Source of the DNA: Candidatus Levyibacteriota bacterium
GTDB lineage: Bacteria; Patescibacteriota; Microgenomatia; Levybacterales; UBA12049
Length of the DNA stretch: 52,752 nucleotides
Direction of reading: 5' to 3'
Assembly (NCBI GenBank): GCA_016182205.1
Contig: JACOXW010000011.1
Location: forward strand, 1-52,752
A program made the translations under genes and the position numbers. Of the stretch, positions 18,059 through 27,985 are shown one piece after another; positions within the stretch are counted from its first letter, which is position 1, and each line of letters begins with the position of its first letter. A model generated the notes under the pieces. That model saw nothing but the letters and a program-made list of their open reading frames with translations. It did not search any database and was not told the origin of the DNA.

Positions 18059-19702
18059 ATGCAAATAAAAATAGATAAAAAAATATTTCTTCTCCCTAGA
18101 CTCAGTTTAACCCGTAGGCAGATAAGCGATCTTACGTTAATTACATCAGGTGCGTTTGCACCGCTTAAAGGTTTCATGGATGAAAAAACCTATACTTCAG
18201 TTATTGAAAACATGCGCTTATCTGATAAGTATCTCTGGCCGATACCAATTGTGTTAGATATAGAAAATCCCTCTCTCTATCCTCTAGGATCTACGATTCT
18301 TCTCTGCGACGCGTATGGAAATCCTCATGCAACTATTGAGGTATCATCAGTATTTAAACCTGACAAAAAAACGGAAGCTAGGCTTGTATACAATACAACT
18401 CACGAAAGCCATTTTGGTGTGGATTACTTATTTCATAAGACACATGACTGGTATATAGGAGGAAATATTAATTCCTTATTCCACACACGACAAGATTTAT
18501 TTGCAAAATATTATCATACTCCAAAAGAACTAAGAGAATGGTTTAAAAAAAATAATTGGGCAACAATTATTGCGTTTCAAACAAGAAATCCTATTCACAG
18601 AGCCCACCTTGAAATAATAAAACAGGCATCTAAAAGTATTAATGGTAAAATCCTTATTCATCCTGCTGTAGGTGAAACAAAAGATGGAGATATAGATGTT
18701 GAAACACGAATCAAGTGCTATATACATGTTTACAATAACTACGCAAAAAACATTAGTAAGTTAAGTCTACTGCCGTTAGCAATGCGAATGGCGGGACCAC
18801 GCGAAGCACTTTTACATGCAATAATTCGAAAAAACTATGGATGTACTCATTTCATTGTAGGGAGAGACCATGCTGGACCAGGAAGAGATGATAACGGTAT
18901 TCCTTTTTATGGACAATACGACGCACAAATACTTACCAAAAAACTAGAAAAAGAGATAGGTATAACAATTATAGATACTAAGGAAGTAGTATTTGATCTG
19001 AAAAAAAAGAAGTATATTTTTAGTAATTCTACAACCACCAACAAAGATGTAGTATCTATATCCGGAACCAGACTCAGAGAGATGCTTCGAAATAACATCC
19101 CTATACCAGACTGGTTCTCTTTTCCAGAGGTCATTAAAGAGCTTCGCCTAAGTATTAGTAAAAAAAAGAAAAGCGGATTTACTGTCTTTTTTACGGGTCT
19201 ACCAAGTTCCGGAAAATCAACCATTGCCAATCTTCTCTACAACAAGCTTTTAAAAGGGCAAAAACGAAAAATAACGTTATTAGACGGTGATATAGTAAGA
19301 ATGCATTTATCTAAAGGGTTAAGTTTTTCTAAAGAAGATAGAATTGAAAACATAAAACGTATTGGTTTTGTAGCAAAAGAAGTAGTAAAACATGGGGGAA
19401 TTGCAATATGTGCTGCAATAGCACCATACGAACAATCTCGTAAATGGAATAGGCAAAATATAAGTGAATACGGATACTATATAGAGGTTTTTGTTGCGAC
19501 ACCACTTTCCGTATGCAAAAGAAGGGATACCAAAGGATTGTACGAAAAAACAAAAAAAGGTCTTATTGCAAACTTTACAGGTGTTAATGATCCGTATGAG
19601 ATTCCCAAAAATCCAGAAATTATTGTAAAAGCACATAAACAGACACCGGAACAATCAGTGAAACAAATCATGCAGTATCTTAAATTACAACGGTTAATTT
19701 GA
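18059..19702 (+). CDS. sat: Bifunctional sulfate adenylyltransferase / adenylylsulfate kinase (PAPS synthesis)
   Basis: AFQTRNPIHRAH, MRMAGPREA, HFIVGRDHAG, then P-loop GLPSSGKST, LLDGD, KGLY and FTGVNDPYE. Confidence 0.93.
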   Translation: MQIKIDKKIFLLPRLSLTRRQISDLTLITSGAFAPLKGFMDEKTYTSVIENMRLSDKYLWPIPIVLDIENPSLYPLGSTILLCDAYGNPHATIEVSSVFKPDKKTEARLVYNTTHESHFGVDYLFHKTHDWYIGGNINSLFHTRQDLFAKYYHTPKELREWFKKNNWATIIAFQTRNPIHRAHLEIIKQASKSINGKILIHPAVGETKDGDIDVETRIKCYIHVYNNYAKNISKLSLLPLAMRMAGPREALLHAIIRKNYGCTHFIVGRDHAGPGRDDNGIPFYGQYDAQILTKKLEKEIGITIIDTKEVVFDLKKKKYIFSNSTTTNKDVVSISGTRLREMLRNNIPIPDWFSFPEVIKELRLSISKKKKSGFTVFFTGLPSSGKSTIANLLYNKLLKGQKRKITLLDGDIVRMHLSKGLSFSKEDRIENIKRIGFVAKEVVKHGGIAICAAIAPYEQSRKWNRQNISEYGYYIEVFVATPLSVCKRRDTKGLYEKTKKGLIANFTGVNDPYEIPKNPEIIVKAHKQTPEQSVKQIMQYLKLQRLI

Positions 19703-19738
19703 TTTATACTTATTAATAATTATGTATAATCAATTTCT

Positions 19739-20860
19739 ATGAAGAAAAAAATCACGTACTCTCAAGTTGGTGATAACTACGATACAAAAGATCCTGTTAA
19801 AAAACTGTTTCAGGATGCTGCCCGATCTACTGGACAAAATTTAAAAAGAGCTGGATTTCCAGAAGTCTCAGAAACCAGAGGTGAATCAGCATTTGTATGG
19901 TCCCTCGCCAAATCTCGGGATAAACAACAAGGTTATATGGCATCGGTCATCGAAGGACTGGGAACAAAAAATCTGATTGCTGATGGGATGCGAAAAACAA
20001 CTGGAAAAACATATTATGACATCGTCGCCCATGACACTGTCGCAACGATTATCAATGATCTCATAACTGTTGGAGCCAAACCACTTGTCTTGCATGCCTA
20101 TTGGGCAATAGAAGATAATGTTTGGCTTTTGGATTCGGCCCGAATGAAAGATTTGATAACAGGATGGAAAAGAGCTTGCGATATCGCAGGCGTTGCCTGG
20201 GGAGGAGGAGAGACTGCAACCATGAAACAAATCGTTGTCAAAGACACTGCAGAATTTGCAGGATCTGCCATTGGTATTATTAAAAATAAAAATAGGCTCA
20301 TTTTGGATAAAAAGTTACGGGCAGGGGATCGAATGCTTTTCCTCAAAAGTAATGGTGTCAACGCAAATGGAATTTCACTCACTCGTGCAATTGCAAAAAG
20401 ACTTTCCAAAGGCTATGCAACGAAATTATCAGATGGTACATACTATGGCGAAGCACTTCTGAGAAAATCGAATATTTATGCAAAACTTGTGCAAGATCTT
20501 TTGGATGCAGGAATTTCTATTCACTATATTTCAAATATCACAGGTCATGGCATGCGAAAAGTCATGCGGGCTCGGGGAAATTTCACCTATGTGATTGAGA
20601 AAATCTTTGACCCGCAAGAAATATTTCTTTTCATCCAAAAACACGCAGGCATCGATGACTTTGAAATCTACCAAACTTACAACATGGGACAGGACTATGC
20701 TATATTTATTCCCGAAAATCAGATGCAAAAAGCCTTGCAGATTGTAAAGAAAAATAAATTTCAAGGTCTAGACGCAGGCTACATCGAAAAAGGGGAGAGG
20801 AGAGTAATCATCAAACCAAAAAATCTTACCTATAACGGTGCTACTCTTGATTTAAGATAA
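19739..20860 (+). CDS. purM: AIR synthase (divergent PurM)
   Basis: TYSQVG, EGLGTK, INDLITVGAKP, GGETA, SNGVNANG, NITGHG and TYNMG motifs. Confidence 0.9.
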   Translation: MKKKITYSQVGDNYDTKDPVKKLFQDAARSTGQNLKRAGFPEVSETRGESAFVWSLAKSRDKQQGYMASVIEGLGTKNLIADGMRKTTGKTYYDIVAHDTVATIINDLITVGAKPLVLHAYWAIEDNVWLLDSARMKDLITGWKRACDIAGVAWGGGETATMKQIVVKDTAEFAGSAIGIIKNKNRLILDKKLRAGDRMLFLKSNGVNANGISLTRAIAKRLSKGYATKLSDGTYYGEALLRKSNIYAKLVQDLLDAGISIHYISNITGHGMRKVMRARGNFTYVIEKIFDPQEIFLFIQKHAGIDDFEIYQTYNMGQDYAIFIPENQMQKALQIVKKNKFQGLDAGYIEKGERRVIIKPKNLTYNGATLDLR

Positions 20861-20903
20861 TATGAAAATTCGCTTTAATATTGATTAAATTCTTAATCTC
20901 TAT

Positions 20904-20935
20904 AGATCCTTCGTCACTTACATTCCTCAGGATGA
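20904..20935. repeat. REP-like palindromic remnant between convergent purM and guaA
   Basis: AGATCCTTCGTCACTTACATTCCTCAGGATGA with ATCCT/AGGAT ends; resembles CTCAGGATGAC-type REP elements (recalled). Confidence 0.35.
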
Positions 20936-20947
20936 AATTATTAAGAA

Positions 20948-22480
20948 TCATTCCCATTCCATCGTTGCTGGAGGTTTGGTGGTGATATCATAGACTACGC
21001 GAGAGATGCCGGGGACTTCATTTACAATTCTACTGGAGATTTTTTGTAATAAATCGTAGGGGAGACGTGACCAAACAGCCGTCATAATATCTTTTGTTTC
21101 TATAACCCGAAGGCAGACAACTTCACCGAAAAACTTCTCATCACCCTTAACAGCAGTTGAGTAAGCACCGGTCATTACAGGAAATGATTGGAATATATCA
21201 AACAGTATCCCTGCCTTTTCCAATTCCTCAAGCACTATTCTATCTGCCATTCGTATTTTTTTCAGACGGTCCTTTGTCACTTCACCTCGTATTCTGATAG
21301 CATACCCTGGTCCGGGAAAAGGTTGTTGTCTTATGAATTCCTCAGGTATCCCAAGTCTTCTTCCGATTTCCCGAACTTCGTCTTTATAAAATTCCCGCAG
21401 CGGTTCCAAAAGTGTTAGCTTCATTTTTTTTGGTAATCCGCCCACATTATGATGACTTTTGATTTTTGAAGCATGTTTTGATCCTTGACTTTCTATAACA
21501 TCTGAGTAGATCGTCCCTTGTAAAAGAAACTTCACGGGTTTGCCAGAAGAGACGAGTTTTTGCATTTGTTTTTCAAAAACATCAATATAGTGTTTGCCGA
21601 TAATCCTTCTTTTCTTTTCAGGATCTTTGATCCCGTGAAGTTGTCTGAGTAACTCCCTCTCCTCTCTTACTACTATAGGCTTTACTGAGCTTGTCTTGTG
21701 AAAAATATTTTTCACACGCTCTTCTGTCCCCTCACGCATCAAACCGTTATCCACATAAATCGGAATAAACCTCTTCCCTATTGCCTTTGCCGTTAAAACT
21801 CCGGCAACTGTAGAATCAACACCGCCTGATACTGCTCCTATAACATATGCCCTCTCTCCTACCTTTTCTTGTATTTTCTTTTCTATAGCTTGGATATCTA
21901 TGACATGATGAGAGACTTTTTCTTTGCATATCTCGACAAAATTCTTAAGCAAAACGCCCCCATGCTCCGTATGCTCTACCTCAGGATGAAACTGGATCCC
22001 ATAGATTTTTTTGTCTTCGTTTGCAACAAATGCATACTGTACATGCTTACTTGATCCAAGTATGACAAACTCTTTTGGCATCGAAACAACCTCATCTCCA
22101 TGACTCATCCACACGATAAATTCTTCTGGCAATCCATTTGAAATTTGAAATTTGAAATTTGAAATTTTTACTGTTGCCGGTCCGTATTCTTTTTTTCCTG
22201 AAACCACTTCCCCACTCAAAAGCTTTGCAGTTAATTGCAGTCCATAACAAATACCAAGAATCGGAATACCAAAAGAGAAAATTGCAGGATCAATGGTAGG
22301 CGCATTTTTACCGTACACCGACGATGGTCCACCCGAAAAGATGATACCGGCCGGTTTTTCTTTTTTAATCGTTTCAATCGCCTGTTCCGGCAGTACGAGG
22401 TCTGAGTGAATACCTAACTCTTTTATCCGTCGCGCAATTAAATGAGCAGTCTGTGATCCAAAATCAACAACAACAATCAT
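20948..22480 (-). CDS. guaA: GMP synthase (glutamine-hydrolysing)
   Basis: DFGSQ, LGICYG, QFHPEV, SGGVDS, IKSHHNVGG and KPPATMEWE motifs. Confidence 0.97.
   Translation of the reverse strand: MIVVVDFGSQTAHLIARRIKELGIHSDLVLPEQAIETIKKEKPAGIIFSGGPSSVYGKNAPTIDPAIFSFGIPILGICYGLQLTAKLLSGEVVSGKKEYGPATVKISNFKFQISNGLPEEFIVWMSHGDEVVSMPKEFVILGSSKHVQYAFVANEDKKIYGIQFHPEVEHTEHGGVLLKNFVEICKEKVSHHVIDIQAIEKKIQEKVGERAYVIGAVSGGVDSTVAGVLTAKAIGKRFIPIYVDNGLMREGTEERVKNIFHKTSSVKPIVVREERELLRQLHGIKDPEKKRRIIGKHYIDVFEKQMQKLVSSGKPVKFLLQGTIYSDVIESQGSKHASKIKSHHNVGGLPKKMKLTLLEPLREFYKDEVREIGRRLGIPEEFIRQQPFPGPGYAIRIRGEVTKDRLKKIRMADRIVLEELEKAGILFDIFQSFPVMTGAYSTAVKGDEKFFGEVVCLRVIETKDIMTAVWSRLPYDLLQKISSRIVNEVPGISRVVYDITTKPPATMEWE
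22136..22167. repeat. Perfect heptamer tandem repeat (ATTTGAA x4.5) inside guaA
   Basis: atttgaa atttgaa atttgaa atttgaa attt; encodes ISNFKFQISN in frame. Confidence 0.85.
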
Positions 22481-22568
22481 AGTTCCGAATTTCCAATGAC
22501 TAATCTGAGTTCAATTGGAAATTACTGAATTGGATTTACTAGATATTAGACATTGTAAATTTGAAATT

Positions 22569-23717
22569 CTATTCATAGTTCTTTCCAGGGTTTGTAACTA
22601 AAATGCTGTGCGGATGACTTTCTGTCAGTGATGCTTGGGTAATTTGGATAAACTGTGATTTTTGCCAAAGCTCTCGAATTGTTTTTGCGCCTACGTAATA
22701 CATTCCGGATTTCATACCACCGATAGCTTGATCAAGAATATCTTTTACTGTTCCACGAATAGGAACTAATCCCTCCACGCCTTCTGCCACTAACACACGA
22801 TCTTTATATGTTTTTCCATGGTACTCGTCTTCAGATTTCACCTTTGCTCCTTTTTCCATTGCAGCAATAGAACCCATACCACGGTATTGTTTGAATTTGT
22901 ATGTTTTATGCGTATGGTTAAAAATACTCTGAAACCTCTGAGGTACTTCTTCACGCTTCAATATGAGTATTTCTCCCGGTGCCTCAGATGCTGAGGCAAA
23001 GAAGCTTCCCATCATAACAGCCGATGCTCCAGCCGCAAGCGCTTTTACCATATCTCCTGAATACTTAATACCTCCATCGGCAATAATGGGAATTTTTGCG
23101 CTTTTTGCAGCACGGCAAGTCTGAAGGAGTGCAGTTATCTGAGGGACTCCCATCCCGGAGATAACTCTGGTTGTACAAATCGTCCCCGGACCCATACCTA
23201 CCCGCAATCCGTTGGCGCCTGATGCGATAAGCGCTTTTGCCCCATCATAGGTAGCAATGTTTCCTGCAATAATTTCAAGCTTTGGATATATTTTTCGAAG
23301 ATATTTCACCGCTTCAATAATCGGTTTTGAAAATCCATGCGCAGAGTCGACAACCACAACATCAACACCTGCGTTGATAAGCGCTTTTGCACGGTCTTTA
23401 TAAATCAAACTTGTTCCGATAGCTGCTCCGACCAGTAATTTTTTCTTTTTTACAATTGCTACTTGCTTTGCCTGATCTGCAATTGAAAGATTACGGTGGA
23501 TAATACCGATTCCCCCAATTTCTGCCAATGCAATCGCAAGCTCACTTTCAGTAACCGTATCCATGGGAGATGAAACAAATGGAATATTCAGCTTGATATT
23601 TTTTGTTATAAAAGTAGAAAGATCTATATCGGAGCGCGAAAAGTCAGAATAACCAGGGACAAGCAGTATATCATCAAAGGTCAATCCTTGAGTAAATCGC
23701 TTATTAGGGTCCTCCAT
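22569..23717 (-). CDS. guaB: IMP dehydrogenase lacking the CBS pair
   Basis: [35 protein letters not shown] and YRGMGS motifs. Confidence 0.95.
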   Translation of the reverse strand: MEDPNKRFTQGLTFDDILLVPGYSDFSRSDIDLSTFITKNIKLNIPFVSSPMDTVTESELAIALAEIGGIGIIHRNLSIADQAKQVAIVKKKKLLVGAAIGTSLIYKDRAKALINAGVDVVVVDSAHGFSKPIIEAVKYLRKIYPKLEIIAGNIATYDGAKALIASGANGLRVGMGPGTICTTRVISGMGVPQITALLQTCRAAKSAKIPIIADGGIKYSGDMVKALAAGASAVMMGSFFASASEAPGEILILKREEVPQRFQSIFNHTHKTYKFKQYRGMGSIAAMEKGAKVKSEDEYHGKTYKDRVLVAEGVEGLVPIRGTVKDILDQAIGGMKSGMYYVGAKTIRELWQKSQFIQITQASLTESHPHSILVTNPGKNYE

Positions 23718-23819
23718 AACTTACTTTACACCATAATGATTTTTTTTGTCAACAATATGTTTCAAAAACAATCTACGCAGTCATTTTTTCTTCCATGTTT
23801 TCTATGATACTATCATTAT

Positions 23820-25343
23820 ATGCTAGCCAAAGTTAACTCATCCGCAGTCTTTGGACTTGAGGCAATCCCTATTGAAGTAGAGGTCGATATTGCCTCACAA
23901 GGACTCCCCTCTTTTACCATTGTGGGCTTACCTGATAAAGCAGTTGAAGAATCCAAGGAACGTGTCAGAAGTGCTATTAAAAATACCGGCGCTGAATTTC
24001 CTGCCAAAAGAATTACGGTAAATCTTGCACCTGCTGATTTACCCAAAGAAGGCCCATCATATGACCTTCCTATTGCACTGGGAATACTGCTTGCTTCAGG
24101 ACAATTAACAGGAACTGTCAATGATGCGGTTTTTATCGGTGAACTCTCTCTTGATGGAAGAGTAAGACCCGTAAAAGGCGTTTTATCACATACGATGACA
24201 GCAAAAAAGCGCGGCCTCTCATCAGTATATGTACCGAGTGAAAACGCAAAAGAAGCAGCGATAATTCCCAAAATAAGTATCTATCCTGTAGAAAATCTTA
24301 CCACACTGCTTAAGCACTTCAGTAAACTTGAGGTAATCTCTCCTCAAAAATCTACCAAACTGAAAGAATACATAACGCAGGAACAATATGATTTAGATAT
24401 GGCAGATATAAAAGGTCAGGAAAAGGTAAAGCGCGCCATGGAAATCGCTGCAGCAGGCGGACATAATATTATTCTTAAGGGTCCTCCGGGGGCTGGAAAG
24501 ACCCTTATTGCGCGAACACTCCCTTCTATATTACCGAAACTGACATTTCAAGAAGTCTTGGAAGTAACCAATTTGTATAGTATTTCAGGATTACTCACAA
24601 CTACCGTTATTACTAATAGACCATTTCGATCTCCTCATCATACAACATCTTCAGTCGGACTTATTGGTGGCGGAACGCTTCCAATTCCTGGAGAAATTTC
24701 ACTGGCGCATCGGGGTGTTTTATTTTTGGATGAATTTCCTGAATTTCCACGAAATGTTTTAGAAGCGCTCAGACAACCGATCGAAGACGGATTTGTAACA
24801 ATTTCGCGCTCAAAAGGGAAAATTACTTACCCTGCAAAAACCATGCTTGTCGCAGCACTTAACCCCTGTCCCTGTGGACATTTGGGAAGTACAAAACACC
24901 AGTGTATTTGTTCTTCATCTCAAATCAGTCGTTATACAAAACGCATATCAGGACCTATGCTTGATCGGATAGATATTCACTTGGACGTCCCAGCGGTTGA
25001 AGTAAAGAAACTCGTTGATCAAAATATGGATTCACAAAAAGAATCGTCATCAGTTATTCGTAAACGAGTCCAGAAGGCACGAGACATACAGGAAAAACGA
25101 TTTAAAAACACTTCACTTATTACTAATGCTGATCTATCACTTCGTGATGTTAAAAAATTTTGTAAACTTTCCCCTGCGTGCCTTCTGCTTTTGGAGAAAG
25201 CTACTGAGAAGATGCAGTTATCCGCGCGTTCATACAATAGAATGATAAAATTAGCAAGAACGATTGCTGATTTGGAAAATGTACCGCATATTATGCCTTC
25301 CCATATTGCTGAAGCGCTACAGTACCGACCGAGATTTGTTTAG
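23820..25343 (+). CDS. comM: YifB/ComM Mg-chelatase-like AAA+ ATPase
   Basis: ITVNLAPAD, GPPGAGKT, PFRSPHH, LFLDEFPEF, NPCPCG and EALQYR motifs. Confidence 0.92.
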   Translation: MLAKVNSSAVFGLEAIPIEVEVDIASQGLPSFTIVGLPDKAVEESKERVRSAIKNTGAEFPAKRITVNLAPADLPKEGPSYDLPIALGILLASGQLTGTVNDAVFIGELSLDGRVRPVKGVLSHTMTAKKRGLSSVYVPSENAKEAAIIPKISIYPVENLTTLLKHFSKLEVISPQKSTKLKEYITQEQYDLDMADIKGQEKVKRAMEIAAAGGHNIILKGPPGAGKTLIARTLPSILPKLTFQEVLEVTNLYSISGLLTTTVITNRPFRSPHHTTSSVGLIGGGTLPIPGEISLAHRGVLFLDEFPEFPRNVLEALRQPIEDGFVTISRSKGKITYPAKTMLVAALNPCPCGHLGSTKHQCICSSSQISRYTKRISGPMLDRIDIHLDVPAVEVKKLVDQNMDSQKESSSVIRKRVQKARDIQEKRFKNTSLITNADLSLRDVKKFCKLSPACLLLLEKATEKMQLSARSYNRMIKLARTIADLENVPHIMPSHIAEALQYRPRFV

Positions 25344-25346
25344 AAG

Positions 25347-26207
25347 ATGAGAAAATTATTTACCATAATTGCCTATACTGCTCTTATGCTTTTTATTGGA
25401 AGAAGTCTTACATTTCTTCCAAAAATTCAGAAAATACAAACGCTGTATTCAAATGATAAAACGCTCACAACAATTATCAACAATGATATTCATAAAGCAC
25501 CGGGAAACTACAGTATTTATATTACTGACCTCTTTTCTCCACTCGCTGTGAGTATTAATGAAAAGCAAATACATACCGCAGCATCTGTTAATAAAATACC
25601 AATCGTGGCTGTGTTGTATGCACTTTCGCAGCAGAGGAAAATAAATCTTGATGAAAAAATTACAATCCAGAAAAATGATATCCAAGACTACGGAACCGGT
25701 AGTTTACGATATGAAAAACCGGGAAGAACATATTCCATAAAAACGTTGGTGAAACTAACACTTAAGCAATCAGATAATACCGCCGCTCACGTTTTGGCAA
25801 ATAAAATCGGTATGGATGTTATTCAAAAAATGATCACTTCATGGGGACTTTCTCAAACAGACATGAAGACAAATAAATCAACCGTCTATGACATGTCAAT
25901 TCTTTTTAGGAAGATCTACAATAATGAAATTACAACACCCGCCTTAACGCAGGAATTGCTTGGTTTTATGAAAAATACCGAAAATGAAAAAAGACTCCCA
26001 AAAAATCTTTCATCTAATGTCACCGTATATCACAAAACAGGAGATGGTGTGGGCAATATACATGATGTTGGACTTATTATCTATAAAAACCATGTATATT
26101 TTGTGGGAGTTATGACAACTGATGTTGGAAACTATGAAAAAGAAACTGAAGAAAAAATAGCTCAAATTGCAAAAGACACTGTATCTTTTATACAATCCCT
26201 CGACTGA
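25347..26207 (+). CDS. Class A beta-lactamase-like serine hydrolase
   Basis: AASVNK (SxxK), SDN and HKTG motifs; N-terminal anchor. Confidence 0.88.
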   Translation: MRKLFTIIAYTALMLFIGRSLTFLPKIQKIQTLYSNDKTLTTIINNDIHKAPGNYSIYITDLFSPLAVSINEKQIHTAASVNKIPIVAVLYALSQQRKINLDEKITIQKNDIQDYGTGSLRYEKPGRTYSIKTLVKLTLKQSDNTAAHVLANKIGMDVIQKMITSWGLSQTDMKTNKSTVYDMSILFRKIYNNEITTPALTQELLGFMKNTENEKRLPKNLSSNVTVYHKTGDGVGNIHDVGLIIYKNHVYFVGVMTTDVGNYEKETEEKIAQIAKDTVSFIQSLD

Positions 26208-26209
26208 CT

Positions 26210-27967
26210 ATGCCTAAAATCGCAAAAGCATTACTAACATGTGGCATATTTTCTCTTTTATTCTTAGGCTACTTCCACGAGATTACAGCGATGACCCAGG
26301 ATTTAGGAAGACATATACTCACTGGTCGTCTTATTCTGGAGACGAAAACAGTTCCGCAAATAAATCTTTATTCTTATACATTTCCATCATTCCCTTTTAT
26401 CAATCACCACTGGCTCTCTGAAATAGTCTTTTTTCTTTTACAAACTGCCGCGGGGTTTTCCGGATTACTTTTTATCACAACTTTTGTTGTAGTAGTTGCA
26501 TTTTTTTTACAATTTATTTTCTTGTATAAAAAGGTTTCCTTTCCAATTCTTATTCTGTCTTCTATTCTATACACTACGGTTCTTTTTGAACGTACAGATT
26601 TGCGGCCTGAGATATTTAGTTTTTTCTTTCTCTCCTGTTTTATCGTTATTCTTTTTATAAATAGACAAAAACCGACTAAGCTCGTTTTTATCCTGCCGTT
26701 ACTCTCGCTGCTTTGGGTGAATATGCATATTTATTTTTTTGTTGGTATTGTTGTTTTTTTTCTCTTTCTTGTAGATCACATATTGTTAAAACGGACGGAA
26801 ATCAGAAGCGCAATCAGACAAAAAACATTCCCTAAAGAAACTTTTTTTCTTCTTCTATCTCTTGCTTTATCTCTGGCTGCAGTCTTTATCAACCCTAACG
26901 GAATTTCGGGTGCACTGTATCCTCTTTCTGTTTTTAACAATTACGGGTACAGTATAGAAGAAAATCAGACAGTGTTTTTTCTCTGGACTCTATTTAGGAA
27001 AGAGACAATTTTTTCTTTTTTGGCTGTTACCTCAGCACTCTTTTTCTTTTTACTTCTCACCATAAAACAGAGCACAATGATTATGTGGTCTTTAAGTATC
27101 GTCTTTACACTCGCGGCATGCATCGCAATACGAAATTTTCCACTTTTTGTTTTTGCGACTTTTATTCCTTTCACGTTTCATGCTGATTTATTTTTTAAAG
27201 CACTAAGAAAGAATTTGAAAAATAAAACGCCATTTTTTACCAACCACCGGGTACTATTTTTATGGCTTATTTTCTTTCTTTTATTTTTCCTTCTTATCTT
27301 CAGAATATATCTAGTTGTCAACAAATATCAGATTAGTACAAAAGAGGCAATTGGCGCAAACCGTGGTGTCGACTTCTTTTTAAAGCACCAGCTCAAAGGA
27401 CCAATTTTTAATAACTTTGACATTGGGAGCTACTTAATTTATCGTTTGTACCCAGGGGAACGTGTATTCGTGGATGGCCGGCCGGAAGCATATCCCGCAT
27501 CTTTCTTCAAAAATACCTATATTCCGATGCAAGAAAATCCCTCTATGTTTGAAAAACAAGACGCAAGATACCGTTTCAATACGATCTTTTTTTCACACAC
27601 GGACCAAACTCCCTGGGCACAGACTTTTATTTCATTTATCGTAAAGAATCCGCAGTGGAAAATCATTTATCTGGATGATTTTGTAATTATTCTTGTCAAA
27701 AAAACACCGAAAAATGCTTTTTTGAAAGAAATCAATCTTGCAGAGTTTCCGCTCCCCTCAACTCTTGATACCTTGCAACTCTTTCGTTTTGCCAATTTTT
27801 TTTCTTTGATCCAACTCTCGCAAAAAGAGATGGAGGCCTATCAAGCGTTGCTTGGAAAAAACCCACAAAGCTGTGCGGTACTTTATCGTTACAGCAATTT
27901 GCTTATTAAGGAACAAAATCCGGCCGGCAGTATCTATGGAAAGCAGTTTGATTCATTTTGCCAGTAA
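26210..27967 (+). CDS. Polytopic membrane protein, GT-C glycosyltransferase-like
   Basis: Many TM segments; DLGRH, HHWLSE, RPE, LWVNMH, NPNG and FVDGRPE motifs. Confidence 0.6.
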   Translation: MPKIAKALLTCGIFSLLFLGYFHEITAMTQDLGRHILTGRLILETKTVPQINLYSYTFPSFPFINHHWLSEIVFFLLQTAAGFSGLLFITTFVVVVAFFLQFIFLYKKVSFPILILSSILYTTVLFERTDLRPEIFSFFFLSCFIVILFINRQKPTKLVFILPLLSLLWVNMHIYFFVGIVVFFLFLVDHILLKRTEIRSAIRQKTFPKETFFLLLSLALSLAAVFINPNGISGALYPLSVFNNYGYSIEENQTVFFLWTLFRKETIFSFLAVTSALFFFLLLTIKQSTMIMWSLSIVFTLAACIAIRNFPLFVFATFIPFTFHADLFFKALRKNLKNKTPFFTNHRVLFLWLIFFLLFFLLIFRIYLVVNKYQISTKEAIGANRGVDFFLKHQLKGPIFNNFDIGSYLIYRLYPGERVFVDGRPEAYPASFFKNTYIPMQENPSMFEKQDARYRFNTIFFSHTDQTPWAQTFISFIVKNPQWKIIYLDDFVIILVKKTPKNAFLKEINLAEFPLPSTLDTLQLFRFANFFSLIQLSQKEMEAYQALLGKNPQSCAVLYRYSNLLIKEQNPAGSIYGKQFDSFCQ

Positions 27968-27985
27968 ATGTTACACTAGGATGAG

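Noticed and set aside
25347-26207. Bona fide antibiotic-resistance beta-lactamase
   Set aside because: SxxK, SDN and KTG are present but the omega-loop ExxLN is not evident; more likely a cell-wall serine hydrolase.
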